A stretch of 64,000 bases of DNA from contig CBDBEV010000001.1 of the NCBI GenBank assembly GCA_965204535.1, positions 320,001-384,000 of the forward strand. Direction: 5' to 3'. The stretch comes from a bacterium. Its GTDB lineage: Bacteria > UBA8248. This document shows positions 1 through 9,913 of this stretch, piece by piece; the first letter of the stretch is position 1, and every line of letters begins with the position of its first letter. The notes under the pieces are model-generated. The model was not told the origin of the DNA, did no database searches, and worked only from the letters and a program-made list of their open reading frames with translations. A program made the position numbers and the translations under genes.

Positions 1-1290
1 CTGCGCTACCGCCTGGCCCTCGACGACCGCTGGACGCTGAGTGGAAGGGCATTCCGCGAGACCGGCCGCGGCGGTTGGCGAGGCGAGGGCTCCGGCGCCG
101 GGAACGGCTGGCGGTTGGCGGTCGGCGCAGGCTACCGGCTCGGCTGCACGCGGCTCGGGCTCGACATCGACCATGACACCCGCCGCGGCGAGACCGCGGC
201 GCGTCTCGGCCTGACCTTCCGCCTCGGGGCGACGGCCGGGCGTTGCGCCGGGGAGGGGAAGCCCGACCTCCTCGCCCTCGTCGAGCGCGAGAAGATCGTC
301 GCGGTACGGCAGGCCGCCGTCCCGAGGCTCGTTCCGCTCACCTCGCTTCCCGAGGACGTGACGCGGCTCTACGAGACGGTGACGGGCGGCGACCCCGACG
401 CGGACACCGTCTGGCTGTTCTCGCAGGGAGGCCCCGTCACCGAGCTGGACGCCGGATCGGACCTGACGGAGTTCCCCGGCCACGAGAAGCGGATCCTCGT
501 CAACGTGCACCAGGTGCAGACCCTGAACCCCGGGCTGATCGACGACGCGAGGCTCGACAGCGTCGCGCGGGTCCAGGCGGAGATGGACGTGAGCGTCGAG
601 ATCCTCGACCGGGTGATCCGCCACTTCAAGGCCCGGGGCAAGCGGGTGGTGCTGTTCAGCCACTCCTTCGGCTCGTTCATCGTGCCGCGCTACCTGGCGC
701 TCAAGGGGCCGGGCGGGGCGGACCGCTACGTGATCATGGCGGGCCGGCTCGACATCGAGCGGAAGATGTACGAGAACCGGCTGAGCAAGCTCCGCGACGC
801 AAGCACCGTGGCCTACTTCTACGAGGGCGGCACCACGCTCACCCGGTTCGACCAGGCCGCCGGTCTGATCGATCCGGACCCGGCCGCGCCGCCCGCGGAC
901 AGTGTGCTGCCGCGGGCGGTCCGGATGCAGGCGGCGTTCCAGGGGGCGCTCGGGAAACACCGCTACACCCGCCTCCTCGCGGGAACGGACCTCTCGAAGG
1001 TGATCTACGCCTACGGCACGATGGATCAGGCGGTCGGCCGGCTGACCGGCGAGGAGGTCGCTTTCCTCGAATCCAGAGGCGCGGAGGTCCTCGCCGTGGA
1101 GGGCGGACACGGATCCATGTTCGCCGAGCCCGCCGCCGCCCGGATCGTGGAGTTACTGGAGGATTCGGGGCGAGGGCCGGCCCTGTTCGAAGGGCGCGGA
1201 GAAGCGTGCTCCCGCCCATGCCGGCGTGCCGCCCCGGAGCGGACCGCGGTCCGTGCCCGGGTTCCCCAAAAGACCCCGAGTGTTCGATGA
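1..1290 (+). CDS. 5'-truncated protein: beta-barrel (inverse-autotransporter/invasin-like) C-terminal strands followed by an alpha/beta hydrolase domain
   Basis: Frame open from base 1. Amphipathic strands end in DLLALVEREKIV, resembling the invasin barrel linker DLVERxxxIV. Hydrolase motifs: QGGP oxyanion, SHSFG nucleophile elbow, GTMD Asp, GGHG His. Confidence 0.65.
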   Translation: MRYRLALDDRWTLSGRAFRETGRGGWRGEGSGAGNGWRLAVGAGYRLGCTRLGLDIDHDTRRGETAARLGLTFRLGATAGRCAGEGKPDLLALVEREKIVAVRQAAVPRLVPLTSLPEDVTRLYETVTGGDPDADTVWLFSQGGPVTELDAGSDLTEFPGHEKRILVNVHQVQTLNPGLIDDARLDSVARVQAEMDVSVEILDRVIRHFKARGKRVVLFSHSFGSFIVPRYLALKGPGGADRYVIMAGRLDIERKMYENRLSKLRDASTVAYFYEGGTTLTRFDQAAGLIDPDPAAPPADSVLPRAVRMQAAFQGALGKHRYTRLLAGTDLSKVIYAYGTMDQAVGRLTGEEVAFLESRGAEVLAVEGGHGSMFAEPAAARIVELLEDSGRGPALFEGRGEACSRPCRRAAPERTAVRARVPQKTPSVR

Positions 1291-1920
1291 ATCGAAAGCA
1301 GGCATGCTCGCCCGGCCAGTTGCGCGGCAGCACCCCGGTCCCCCGGCTGGTCGCGAAGCGTCCCGAGCCCGACCGTATCGGCCGGCTTGTTGGTCGTCAC
1401 CGCGCGCAGATACGCCAGAACCTCATCGGCGGGCGCGCCGCCGCGCACCGTCCCCGTCGACAGGCTCACGCCTTTGCGCGCGCCCGCACTTGCGAATCCG
1501 CCGGCCGGAGGCGGAGGCTGGGCGCCCATGTTCGTGCGGCCGCCGCCTTCGCATCGGCCAGACGCGTGTCGTTGCGGGCCGGACTTTGGAGACGTATAAA
1601 ATAAATCGGACACGGGTAAACGTTGTCATCTCGCCATAGTGTGATGTTCCCGGAAGGGCGCGCCTCCACCACTGACCGCTGCGTCCATCTCGACGACGCG
1701 ATGCAGAGAGACGCAGCGGAGCGGGCGACAGGGGCCGTCAAACGCAAGCTGTCCGGTGCTGATTCCGAGGGATGCGCGAAGCAATCGCGAGTGCCCGCAT
1801 ACCACGACAGGGGTTCCCGATACCGCCGGATGTTTCCTTGCAGCGTTCGCGGCGGGATAGTAAGTTGGCGGCAAGACCTCAGGCGGCTTCTTCACGGCAA
1901 GTGCGAGGAGGGTTTCGGAA

Positions 1921-2931
1921 TTGCATTCCCGGCGGCCAGGCGTTTCTTCGCTCGCTATGGTGGCGGCGCTTGCGTTGGCGCTCTCCGGATGCGGCGGTGG
2001 CGGCACGGTCTCCATGGGCGGCCCCAACGGCGATGACAGCAAGATGTCGCTATCGGGCAAGTGGAAACGCTTCGCAGACGGCAACCCGACGCTTCGCATG
2101 ACAAGCGCACAAGTGTCCACGGCCTGGAGGGCGGCCGCGTGGAAGTCTACCCACAGAGTGATCCTGGGGCCTGTCAGTGTCGGCGCAAACCCCGCATCGG
2201 CCGTCCAGATAGAGACTGACCCATGCTCGCCCGGCGAGTGCGACCTGGAGCCGCCTCCGGACAACACTCGGCAATTCGCTCCAGTGCTGGGCCACAACGA
2301 TGTTCCTGTCGCTGAATACAAGGCCCGCACTACCCGAACCCTGCCGGTGCTCGAAGCCGGGGAGACAGCCCGGACAACCCTCTTGGATTTTCTAACCTAC
2401 GGCGGTTGGCTCGATCACACGGAATTCCGCGTTTCCGTCTCCCGCTGGTGTTCGGTCGGCGCGGCAGGGTGTTCGGGAACGGATCCGGACTACGAAAACG
2501 GAATTGCCTTCGGCTTCATGGCGGGCAGTTACTCCGGAACGACGCCCGCGGGCGTGGGGTCGGCCACATGGACGGGCGTCATGGTCGGGATGGAATCCCC
2601 GGAAGCCGGCTCCGACAGGGCCCTGGCTTTGTTACGGAACGGGCCGGATGTGTTTCTCGGCGACGCGCGGATCACGATAGACGATCTCGCGGCTCCCGAT
2701 GTCGATGTTTCATTCACCAATATCCATAACGTCACCGAGGGAGTCCCTCATGATGACATGAGTTGGGAGAACCTTCGCATACAGGACGACGGCTTGTTCG
2801 GCGGACTTGCTGGAGAGAGAGACGGGAACGAGTACATCGCCGGGATGTTCACCGGCCCCAGGCATCAGGAAGTGGGTGGCGAATTCCGGAGGAACGGTAT
2901 CGTGGGGGCCTTCGGCGCGAAACGCCAGTAG
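1921..2931 (+). CDS. Transferrin-binding-protein-B-like surface lipoprotein (true start possibly ATG 1957)
   Basis: Lipobox LALSGC followed by GGGG; SATWTGVMVG; C-terminal GMFTGPRHQEVGGEF...GAFGAKRQ typical of TbpB-type barrels. Confidence 0.75.
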   Translation: MHSRRPGVSSLAMVAALALALSGCGGGGTVSMGGPNGDDSKMSLSGKWKRFADGNPTLRMTSAQVSTAWRAAAWKSTHRVILGPVSVGANPASAVQIETDPCSPGECDLEPPPDNTRQFAPVLGHNDVPVAEYKARTTRTLPVLEAGETARTTLLDFLTYGGWLDHTEFRVSVSRWCSVGAAGCSGTDPDYENGIAFGFMAGSYSGTTPAGVGSATWTGVMVGMESPEAGSDRALALLRNGPDVFLGDARITIDDLAAPDVDVSFTNIHNVTEGVPHDDMSWENLRIQDDGLFGGLAGERDGNEYIAGMFTGPRHQEVGGEFRRNGIVGAFGAKRQ

Positions 2932-3023
2932 CCCGGGCACCGAACGCTTCGGAAAAGGGAATTATACTTAGGGAATTATATACCAAAGTTGCGGAATAAT
3001 TAGTGGTGCGGAGTATTTGAAAA

Positions 3024-3051
3024 TGGTACCCAAGGCGGGACTCGAACCCGC
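3024..3051 (-). other. tRNA (Leu-like) 3' fragment, probable att remnant
   Basis: Minus strand reads GCGGG-TTCGAGT-CCCGC-CTTGGGT-A-CCA (T arm, acceptor 3' strand, CCA). No matching 5' half visible. Confidence 0.7.
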
Positions 3052-3372
3052 GTCGCCCAACCTGTCCGCGCCCCATGACGGCGTCCGGCTCACGCCCTTG
3101 CGCAGCCTACCACGGCAATGACACTCTTCCGAACGGGGCGCAGCCTCATCGCTGCGCTTTCGTCTTGCGCCGTCGCCGCTGGCTGCGCCGGGACCACCAG
3201 TGCCGCCGTCACCGCGCTCTTCCCGTCGAACGCGTCGTCAGCGGCGGACCTCTGGTCCAGTATTCCAGGCGGACATCGATGAAGTATAATCGGAAGAGGA
3301 AGCTGGGGCGAACGTACAAAACGCATCAAGTCGCTGTTTCGGTGCCGCAGCCCGCAAGAGGAACCGGGCGGT

Positions 3373-3669
3373 ATGAAGAGCCGAATTTTTTGGATTTGGT
3401 TTGCTGTCGGCGCTATTCTTTTCTGGATTGCGTTTCCGGTAGGCGCAATTCTCGCCGCGCTGAATGCGCGTTTCCTTTTGGGTTTCGTTCAGTTTGCGCT
3501 GGAAATCTTTTCCACTCCCGGCGTCATCGTTTCCCTTCCGATTCTGAACCTCGTCGCAAGTCCGTGGTGGGCGGTCGGCGTCATCGGCATACTGAACGGC
3601 GCCGCCTACGGGTTTTCCGCGTGGCTGATTACGCGCCGGATGCGCAAACGTCGTTCCGCCCACAGGTAG
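3373..3669 (+). CDS. Small multi-pass membrane protein
   Basis: 98 aa with about 3 hydrophobic segments and a basic C-terminal tail. Confidence 0.6.
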   Translation: MKSRIFWIWFAVGAILFWIAFPVGAILAALNARFLLGFVQFALEIFSTPGVIVSLPILNLVASPWWAVGVIGILNGAAYGFSAWLITRRMRKRRSAHR

Positions 3670-3829
3670 CCCACCTCCGGGTCGGCACTGCGATGCGGGC
3701 GGTGGCTGCAAATGGCCCCCGTAAACAGGAACAACCAAATGAAGACAATGATTTCTTGACCCTCACGCCGCGCCGGGTTTCCCGATCAACGGCGCGTGCG
3801 TGTCTTTCCCGTACACCATCTTCTCTACG

Positions 3830-3990
3830 ACGATGAACAGGCCGCCGGTTTTCTTCTCCTGCAGCGCGCCGTGCGTATGTGGACGACCCAGCGTCCGCAG
3901 CGATGTTCTTGTGGGGATTGACGAATGGCTTAACGCGGGCCGGCGGCACGAGTTTCACCTCATGGCCGAACCTGCGCATTGCGCCCCGGC
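3830..3990 (-). pseudogene. IS110-family transposase remnant
   Basis: FGHEVKLVPPARVKPFVNPHKNIAADA matches the IS110 motif GHEVxLIPPxxVKPFVKxxKNDAADA; no intact ORF. Confidence 0.65.
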
Positions 3991-4235
3991 ATGACCGGCG
4001 GTCGCTGGCGGCCTGCGACCTGCATCCCGGCCAGGGAAGCCCCGGCGCTCGCCAGACTCCATGCGCTGCCAAGCCCAGATAGGCTCCACAACCGGTTTCC
4101 CCGGGAACTGCACCACGCCCCTGCCCTCCTGATCCGTCTTGCCGTAGCGGATTCACATCCTGTGCGTCACAGGCTGCGACTTCGGACACCCGGAACAGAG
4201 CGGGGCTGCCCGCCCTGGCCCGAAGCGCAGGGCTC

Positions 4236-6695
4236 TTAGGGGTTTTCGGGTGCGGCCATGCGGTAGCCGACCCCGCGCTCGGTCAGGATCCAGGTGGGCC
4301 GGGCCGCGTCATCGCCGAGCTTCCGGCGGAGCTGCTTCACGAATGTGCGCACCAGCTTTGGGTCGTCCGGGTCGTGTATGCCCCATATCTGGCGCAGCAA
4401 CGAATCGTAGGTCAACACCCGCCCCGCGCGGAGTGAGAGCAGGCGCAACAGTTCGTATTCGGTCGCCGTCAGTTCCAACCGGCGCCCAGCCATGGTCACC
4501 CGGCGCAGATCGTAGTGGATGGCCAGCTCCCCCATGAGGAAGGGTTCGGGCTCGACCCTGTGGCGCAGGGCTGCCCCGACCCTCGCCGTCAGCTCGGTCC
4601 CCGAGAAGGGCTTGACGATATAGTCGGCGGCTCCGCTCTTCAGGGCCTTGGCGATGGTCTCGTCCCGTCCGTAGCCCGAGATGAAGATCACCGGCAGGTC
4701 GGCGAGTTCCGGGACGCTTTCCATCAGTTCGATCCCGTCGACCCCTGGCAGCACCAGGTCCAGCAGTACCAGTTGGGGATTCTCGGCCCGGATGAGCCGG
4801 GAGAGCTCCCCCGCCTCGCCCGTGACGAGCGGGGCGTAACCCGCCTCCGTAAGCGTGTTGCGAACGAAACGCAGCGTCTGCGGGTCGTCGTCCACCACGA
4901 GAATGCGCGTCGGCTCACGCGCTTCCTGGGGCGGCCGCTCGTCAGCGCCCTCGCCCGCCTCCCCTGCCGTCGCGATGGTGAAGGTGAAGCAGGTTCCCTG
5001 GCCCGGACCGCCGCTCTCCGCCCGGATGCGGCCCCCGTGGGCCTCGACCAGACCCTTGCAGATGGCAAGGCCCAAGCCGCTCCGGCCAAACCCGCCTGCC
5101 TCGTCTGCGTTGGCGATGCCGGTGTGCTTCTCGAACAGGCGGGGCAGCAGTTCGGGCGCCACGCCCCGGCCTTCGTCGGAGACCGAGACCGCGACGTACT
5201 CTTCCTTGTGTTCCGCGGCGATCCGAATCGGGGAGGATTCCGTAGAATGCCTCGCCGCGTTGGACAAGAGGTTGTTCAGAACCTGGACTATGCGCTGGCG
5301 GTCCGCCATCACCCGGGGCAAATCCGGCGGAAGGTCGATGAGGAGGGGGTGCCGGCCGCCGCTGCTCAGGAACGTGTTTCTTGCCTGGTCCACCAGCGCC
5401 GCCACCTCCGAGGACTCGGGCGCGACCGACAACGTGCCCGCGTCGATGCGCCCCGCGTCCAGCAGGTTGCTGATCAGGTCCCGCATGTGGTCGGCCTGCT
5501 CGTTGATGATGCGGAAGAACTGGAGCATTTCTGCCGAATTCGGGAGCGGCGACGCATCCAGCACCGTAGTGGCGGAGCCCTTGATGGAAGTCAGCGGCGC
5601 GCGGAGCTCGTGGCTCACCATGCCCAGGAACTCCGCCCGCAGCCGCTCCAGTTCCTCGATCGGCGTCAGGTCCTGCATGGTTACCACAACCGAGTCGACC
5701 TCGCCGTCGACTGAGCGGATCGGCGTCGCGTTGATCAGCGTCCTCACCCTGCGCCCGTCGGGGACCGAGAGCACGATCTCCTCGGCGCGCACCCTCTCAG
5801 CCTTGCCGAGATGCTCGGCCAGAGGGAACTCGCTCAGCGAAATCTCGTGCCCGTCGGCGCGTCGGCAGGTTATCACCTTGCTCAGCTGCTCCAACGGGTG
5901 GCCCGGAATCCGCAGGTTATCGATCAGGGCTGTCGCCTCGTGGTTGAGCGACCGCGGATTGCCGCTCTTCGCATCGAAGACCACAACGCCCACGGGCGAG
6001 GTCTCGACCAGCGCCTCGAGGTCGGCATGCGCGCGCTGCTCATCGCGGTGCGCACGCGCGTTGACGAGCACGCTCGCCGCCTGCGCCGCGAACAGCAACA
6101 GGACCTCCTCGTCTTCGCCCGTGAACCCGCCCTCCCCCTCCTTGTCACCGAGGAAGAAGTTGCCGACGTTGACGCTCCCGTGGCGGACCGACACGGCCTG
6201 GAACGTATTCGAGGGTATCGGTTCCGCGGAGAATCCCAGCGAGCGGACGTAGGCCGGAAGGTCGTCCAGCCGGATCGCCCCCTTGAGGTTGTGCAAGTGC
6301 TCGAAGAACCTGAAACGATCCGGCCACTCCAGCATCCGGAGTTCCTCTTCCGGCGTGAAGCCGGAGGTGACGAAGTCCTCGGGGCTCCCCGCCTCATCGA
6401 CGACCGTGATCACCCCGTTGCGCGCGCCGGTGAGCGCGCGGGCGTTTTCCAGCACCTCGCGCAGGACGGTGTCCATATCGAGGCTCGCGCTGATGCGCAG
6501 GATCGCCGCGATCAGCCGCGAGGTGCGTTCGCGCAGCACCTCGATCTCCTCCCTCAGCCGTTCGGTTTCTTGCAACCCCTCATCCTCCCCGGAGAGCGGC
6601 GGCGAAATCCGGCTCGATCCCACCTGTCGATGGTCACACCCGGACTGGACCGGGCGGAGCGGGTCTCTGGACTGGGAAAACGCATCCAGCCGCAT
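4236..6695 (-). CDS. Fused cytoplasmic sensor kinase-response regulator (GAF-PAS-HisKA-HATPase-REC-OmpR wHTH)
   Basis: H-box VSHELRAPL; N-box NNLLSNAARH; G boxes DEGRG and GLGLAI; REC VVDDD...LLDL; C-terminal LTATEYELL...TERGVGYR. Confidence 0.9.
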   Translation of the reverse strand: MRLDAFSQSRDPLRPVQSGCDHRQVGSSRISPPLSGEDEGLQETERLREEIEVLRERTSRLIAAILRISASLDMDTVLREVLENARALTGARNGVITVVDEAGSPEDFVTSGFTPEEELRMLEWPDRFRFFEHLHNLKGAIRLDDLPAYVRSLGFSAEPIPSNTFQAVSVRHGSVNVGNFFLGDKEGEGGFTGEDEEVLLLFAAQAASVLVNARAHRDEQRAHADLEALVETSPVGVVVFDAKSGNPRSLNHEATALIDNLRIPGHPLEQLSKVITCRRADGHEISLSEFPLAEHLGKAERVRAEEIVLSVPDGRRVRTLINATPIRSVDGEVDSVVVTMQDLTPIEELERLRAEFLGMVSHELRAPLTSIKGSATTVLDASPLPNSAEMLQFFRIINEQADHMRDLISNLLDAGRIDAGTLSVAPESSEVAALVDQARNTFLSSGGRHPLLIDLPPDLPRVMADRQRIVQVLNNLLSNAARHSTESSPIRIAAEHKEEYVAVSVSDEGRGVAPELLPRLFEKHTGIANADEAGGFGRSGLGLAICKGLVEAHGGRIRAESGGPGQGTCFTFTIATAGEAGEGADERPPQEAREPTRILVVDDDPQTLRFVRNTLTEAGYAPLVTGEAGELSRLIRAENPQLVLLDLVLPGVDGIELMESVPELADLPVIFISGYGRDETIAKALKSGAADYIVKPFSGTELTARVGAALRHRVEPEPFLMGELAIHYDLRRVTMAGRRLELTATEYELLRLLSLRAGRVLTYDSLLRQIWGIHDPDDPKLVRTFVKQLRRKLGDDAARPTWILTERGVGYRMAAPENP

Positions 6696-6899
6696 TTTCT
6701 CATGAAAATAACACGACTGAAGCCCAAAACCTCACATTAAATACATATCATACTTATATAATTCTATGCAAGTGTAGGCAGATATATCGGGTGGTTATGG
6801 TGTCTGGGGGATGCTTTCCTTCCGAATTAAAGAAGTAAAAGCCGTAACTACGAAAGAAATTTCGTTCACCTGAACGCCTAATAATGAAGGGGTTATCAC

Positions 6900-7229
6900 A
6901 TGAAAAGTCTAATCATGACAGTGGTTCTGGCAACGGCGCTGGCAGGGTCTTTTGCCGTGGCGAATGCCGGGGGAGACAAACCGCCGGAGTCTAACAGATG
7001 TGAGTTCTACTTTAATGAGAACATTCCGCCCGCCCCCGCCCGGAAGAGTTGCCACGGTCTCATTTTCACCGAGCCTGGAAACAACCAGTATCGTGTGAGC
7101 GGTAACTGTAATCTTGATGCAGGTCCCGGGTCCAAGCTCACGACCATCACGGTCACTGACGCGCGCAACTGCGCCGTCCTGGCGAACTGCAATGGGGAGT
7201 TGGTCGTGGGGAGATGCGGCAATCAATGA
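6900..7229 (+). CDS. Small secreted Cys-rich protein, paralog 1 (CVNH-like C-terminal motif)
   Basis: Sec signal ending AVANA; 6 Cys; LANCNGELVVGRC; RBS GAAGGGG. Confidence 0.85.
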   Translation: MKSLIMTVVLATALAGSFAVANAGGDKPPESNRCEFYFNENIPPAPARKSCHGLIFTEPGNNQYRVSGNCNLDAGPGSKLTTITVTDARNCAVLANCNGELVVGRCGNQ

Positions 7230-7326
7230 CCGTGAACCCCGAGAATCGCTCCGACAACGGCGATTCAACTTGCTCGGTAGTCGCTCAAGTCCGACAGGCT
7301 ACCAACCTAAAAGAAGGAGATGTCAC

Positions 7327-7692
7327 ATGAAAAGTCTAATCATGATAGCGGTTTTGGTAATGACGATTGCAGGGTCTTTTGCCGTGGCGAATGCCGGGTC
7401 AGAAAAACCGGTTGATACCGACCCTACGTTCTTTTGTAGGAACACCTTTCAGAACAGCTCCGCAGCGAGACATACCTGCAAAAGCGTCTCAATCACCAAG
7501 ATCGGAGCCGACTCGTATAGGGTGAGCGGTCGATGTGAAATGGCGCATCGGCCAAACGAGTACAGGGATACGACCATCAATGTTGTTGACTCCCGCCGTT
7601 GCGGCGACCTGACGAACTGCGACGGGACGTTGGTCGTGGGTGCTTGCCTGGACTGTGTCGATAAAAGAACCATGCGAAAGATAGCGTGCTAG
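7327..7692 (+). CDS. Small secreted Cys-rich protein, paralog 2
   Basis: ATG 7327 after RBS GAAGGAG; signal near-identical to paralog 1; 8 Cys; LTNCDGTLVVGAC. Confidence 0.85.
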   Translation: MKSLIMIAVLVMTIAGSFAVANAGSEKPVDTDPTFFCRNTFQNSSAARHTCKSVSITKIGADSYRVSGRCEMAHRPNEYRDTTINVVDSRRCGDLTNCDGTLVVGACLDCVDKRTMRKIAC

Positions 7693-7918
7693 ATAAATTG
7701 AGCCGCTCCATGCGAGGTGGGTCCACCATCAACGTCAAGGTCAAGCGTTCAGTTCTTGCCGGATTCGCCGGCGCACCGCGCTCATCCTGCCCGTGAGCGC
7801 GGATGACTTTGAGTAAGCCGAAGGATGCCTCGAGGCTGAAAAACTGCGGCGGCGACCTTGGACTCGGTGCTTGCCGATGGCAAGGCTTCCGCACGCCCCA
7901 GACGAAAGGAGACCAGCA

Positions 7919-8233
7919 ATGTTCTTGACCCTTGCCACGATGGGACTCGCCGTCGCCCTCGTATCGCTCCCCGGTGCAGCGTACGCCCTGGAGGAGAAAC
8001 CCGTCGACGCCCCCCCGCCCGTGGCCGAGAATTGCCGCAACCACTGGGAGAAGAGTTCCGCAAGCCAGACCTGCTCCAACGAGAAAATCGTGAAAGTGAT
8101 GAATTACAGATGCCGCATCACGGCGACGTGCCGGGTGGGCGGCGGTACGAAACGCTCCTGGAAAGTGATGGACCCGGAGGATGCCGCGCGGCTGCTCAAC
8201 TGCAGCGGCTGGCTGAAGGTCGGTAGTTGCTGA
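7919..8233 (+). CDS. Small secreted Cys-rich protein, paralog 3
   Basis: RBS AAAGGAGA, ATG 7919; signal ending AAYA; 6 Cys; LLNCSGWLKVGSC. Confidence 0.85.
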   Translation: MFLTLATMGLAVALVSLPGAAYALEEKPVDAPPPVAENCRNHWEKSSASQTCSNEKIVKVMNYRCRITATCRVGGGTKRSWKVMDPEDAARLLNCSGWLKVGSC

Positions 8234-8413
8234 ACCGCGGGCCGGCGATCATATGGGCGGGGATGGCGGGCCGGGCGCGAAATCCCTGCGGGGCCGGGCA
8301 ACGAACCATGAGAGCCGTCCGGTGCAGGAAGGCGTTAGTTGGGGGTCCGCGAATCCTGCGTACAACTCCTGCGCATCCCGGCGAGTTGCTGTCGAATCCG
8401 GAGAAACACGGTC

Positions 8414-9913
8414 GTGACGACTTTCTCGGCAAAGGCGGCTTCCTGCATCGCCGCGGCCAGCCTGTTCTGCTGTGCGGCCCCGGGGTTCGGAAAAGAGCCC
8501 GAAGGCGATATGACGGAGCATCTCCACCTTTCCCTCGGGGAGGCCGTTTCCCTGGCCATGCGCAACAACCGCGAACTGATCAACGCGCGGCTCGATCGCG
8601 TCGCGGAACGCTTCTCTCTCCGGGTGGCGGAGAACAAGTTCCGTCCGCACGTGACCATCGGCCCCTATATCGAAAAAAGCCGCACCGCGCCGTCCACGGA
8701 CACCGGCGCGGCGGGCGTGTCGTCGAGGGCCACGGTGCGCCTGCCCGCCGGCGGGACATTCAGGGTCACCTGGAGCGGCGGCCGCAGGAGCGGAGGCGCT
8801 TCATCGCAGCCGCGGTATTCGAGCGCGCTGGAGTTCACGTTCACGCAGCCCCTGCTGCGCGGAGCGGGCGCCGGGGTCAACACGGCCTCGGTCAAAACCG
8901 CCCGGCTTGCGGAGGAGATCAATATTCTGGCCCTCAGGCAGACGATCATCGAAGTCGTTTCCTCGGTCGTCGAGAGCTATCGCGATTACATGCAGGCCGA
9001 GCGACGCGTGGAAATCCGGGCCAAGTCCCTCGAGCGCGCCCGTGATCTCCTGAGGGTGAACGAGCTGCTCGTGCAGACCGGCCGGATGGCCGAGCGCGAC
9101 ATCGTGGAGACGCAAGCCGATATCGCCAGCCGCGAGTTGCGTCTGCTCTCGGCGCGGAACAGCCTCGACGCCGCCCGCCTGGCGCTGGCGGACATCCTCG
9201 ACATCGACAGCCGGACCCGGCTCCGGCTTACGGACGCCCTCGCCGGCGCCCTTGAGGAGGAGCCGCCGCGAACCGACGCGGCGGACGGCATCGAGACGGC
9301 CCGTCTGCATCGCCCGGATTACCTGCGGGCGCTTGTGCTCGTCAGGATCGCCGAAATCCGGGCGAAGGTGGCCGCCAACGAACGCCTGTGGGATCTCTCG
9401 GTGGAGTTGTCGACGAAATTCTCCGGTACGGGCAGGACCCCGGGCGCCGCCGCGGGCCGTCTCGACGACACCGACTACGGCGCCCGGCTGTATCTCGGCG
9501 TCCCGATAGGCCGGGCGGCGACGGATCCCGGGAAATACGAACACGTGAAGGCGGCCGTCGCACTCGAGAAGTCCCGCAACGTCCTTGCGAACCTGCGCCA
9601 GCGAATCGACATCGAGGTGAGCAACGCCATCCGGGAAGTGGAACTGTCGGGCCGGCAGGTGGAACTGGCGCGCTCCGCCCGCGAACTCGTGGAGCAGAAG
9701 ACGGAGATCGAAAAGGAAAAGCTGCGCCTGGGGTTGTCGTCGAACTTCCGCCTGGTCGCCTTCGAGGACGATCTGGTGTCGGCCCAGAACAGCGAGCTGG
9801 ACTCGATCATAGCCCATCGGGCCGCCCTGACGGCGCTGGACCGCACCCTGGGCACCACGCTCAAGCGCTGGAACATCGAGGTCGGCGAGGTGGACCGGGA
9901 GGGCGCCCGGTGA
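8414..9913 (+). CDS. TolC-family outer membrane efflux protein (ORF open from 8339)
   Basis: LSLGEAVSLAMRNN, FTQPLLRGAG, and EKEKLRLGLSSNFRLV repeat pattern of outer-membrane efflux proteins. Confidence 0.88.
   Translation: MTTFSAKAASCIAAASLFCCAAPGFGKEPEGDMTEHLHLSLGEAVSLAMRNNRELINARLDRVAERFSLRVAENKFRPHVTIGPYIEKSRTAPSTDTGAAGVSSRATVRLPAGGTFRVTWSGGRRSGGASSQPRYSSALEFTFTQPLLRGAGAGVNTASVKTARLAEEINILALRQTIIEVVSSVVESYRDYMQAERRVEIRAKSLERARDLLRVNELLVQTGRMAERDIVETQADIASRELRLLSARNSLDAARLALADILDIDSRTRLRLTDALAGALEEEPPRTDAADGIETARLHRPDYLRALVLVRIAEIRAKVAANERLWDLSVELSTKFSGTGRTPGAAAGRLDDTDYGARLYLGVPIGRAATDPGKYEHVKAAVALEKSRNVLANLRQRIDIEVSNAIREVELSGRQVELARSARELVEQKTEIEKEKLRLGLSSNFRLVAFEDDLVSAQNSELDSIIAHRAALTALDRTLGTTLKRWNIEVGEVDREGAR

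Noticed and set aside
3024-3110. Complete tRNA gene
   Set aside because: No D arm, anticodon arm or complementary 5' acceptor strand could be found.
7878-7893. Sigma54 promoter TGGCAAGGCTTCCGCA before paralog 3
   Set aside because: GG/GC spacing fits, but the conserved TT is missing; too weak in GC-rich DNA.
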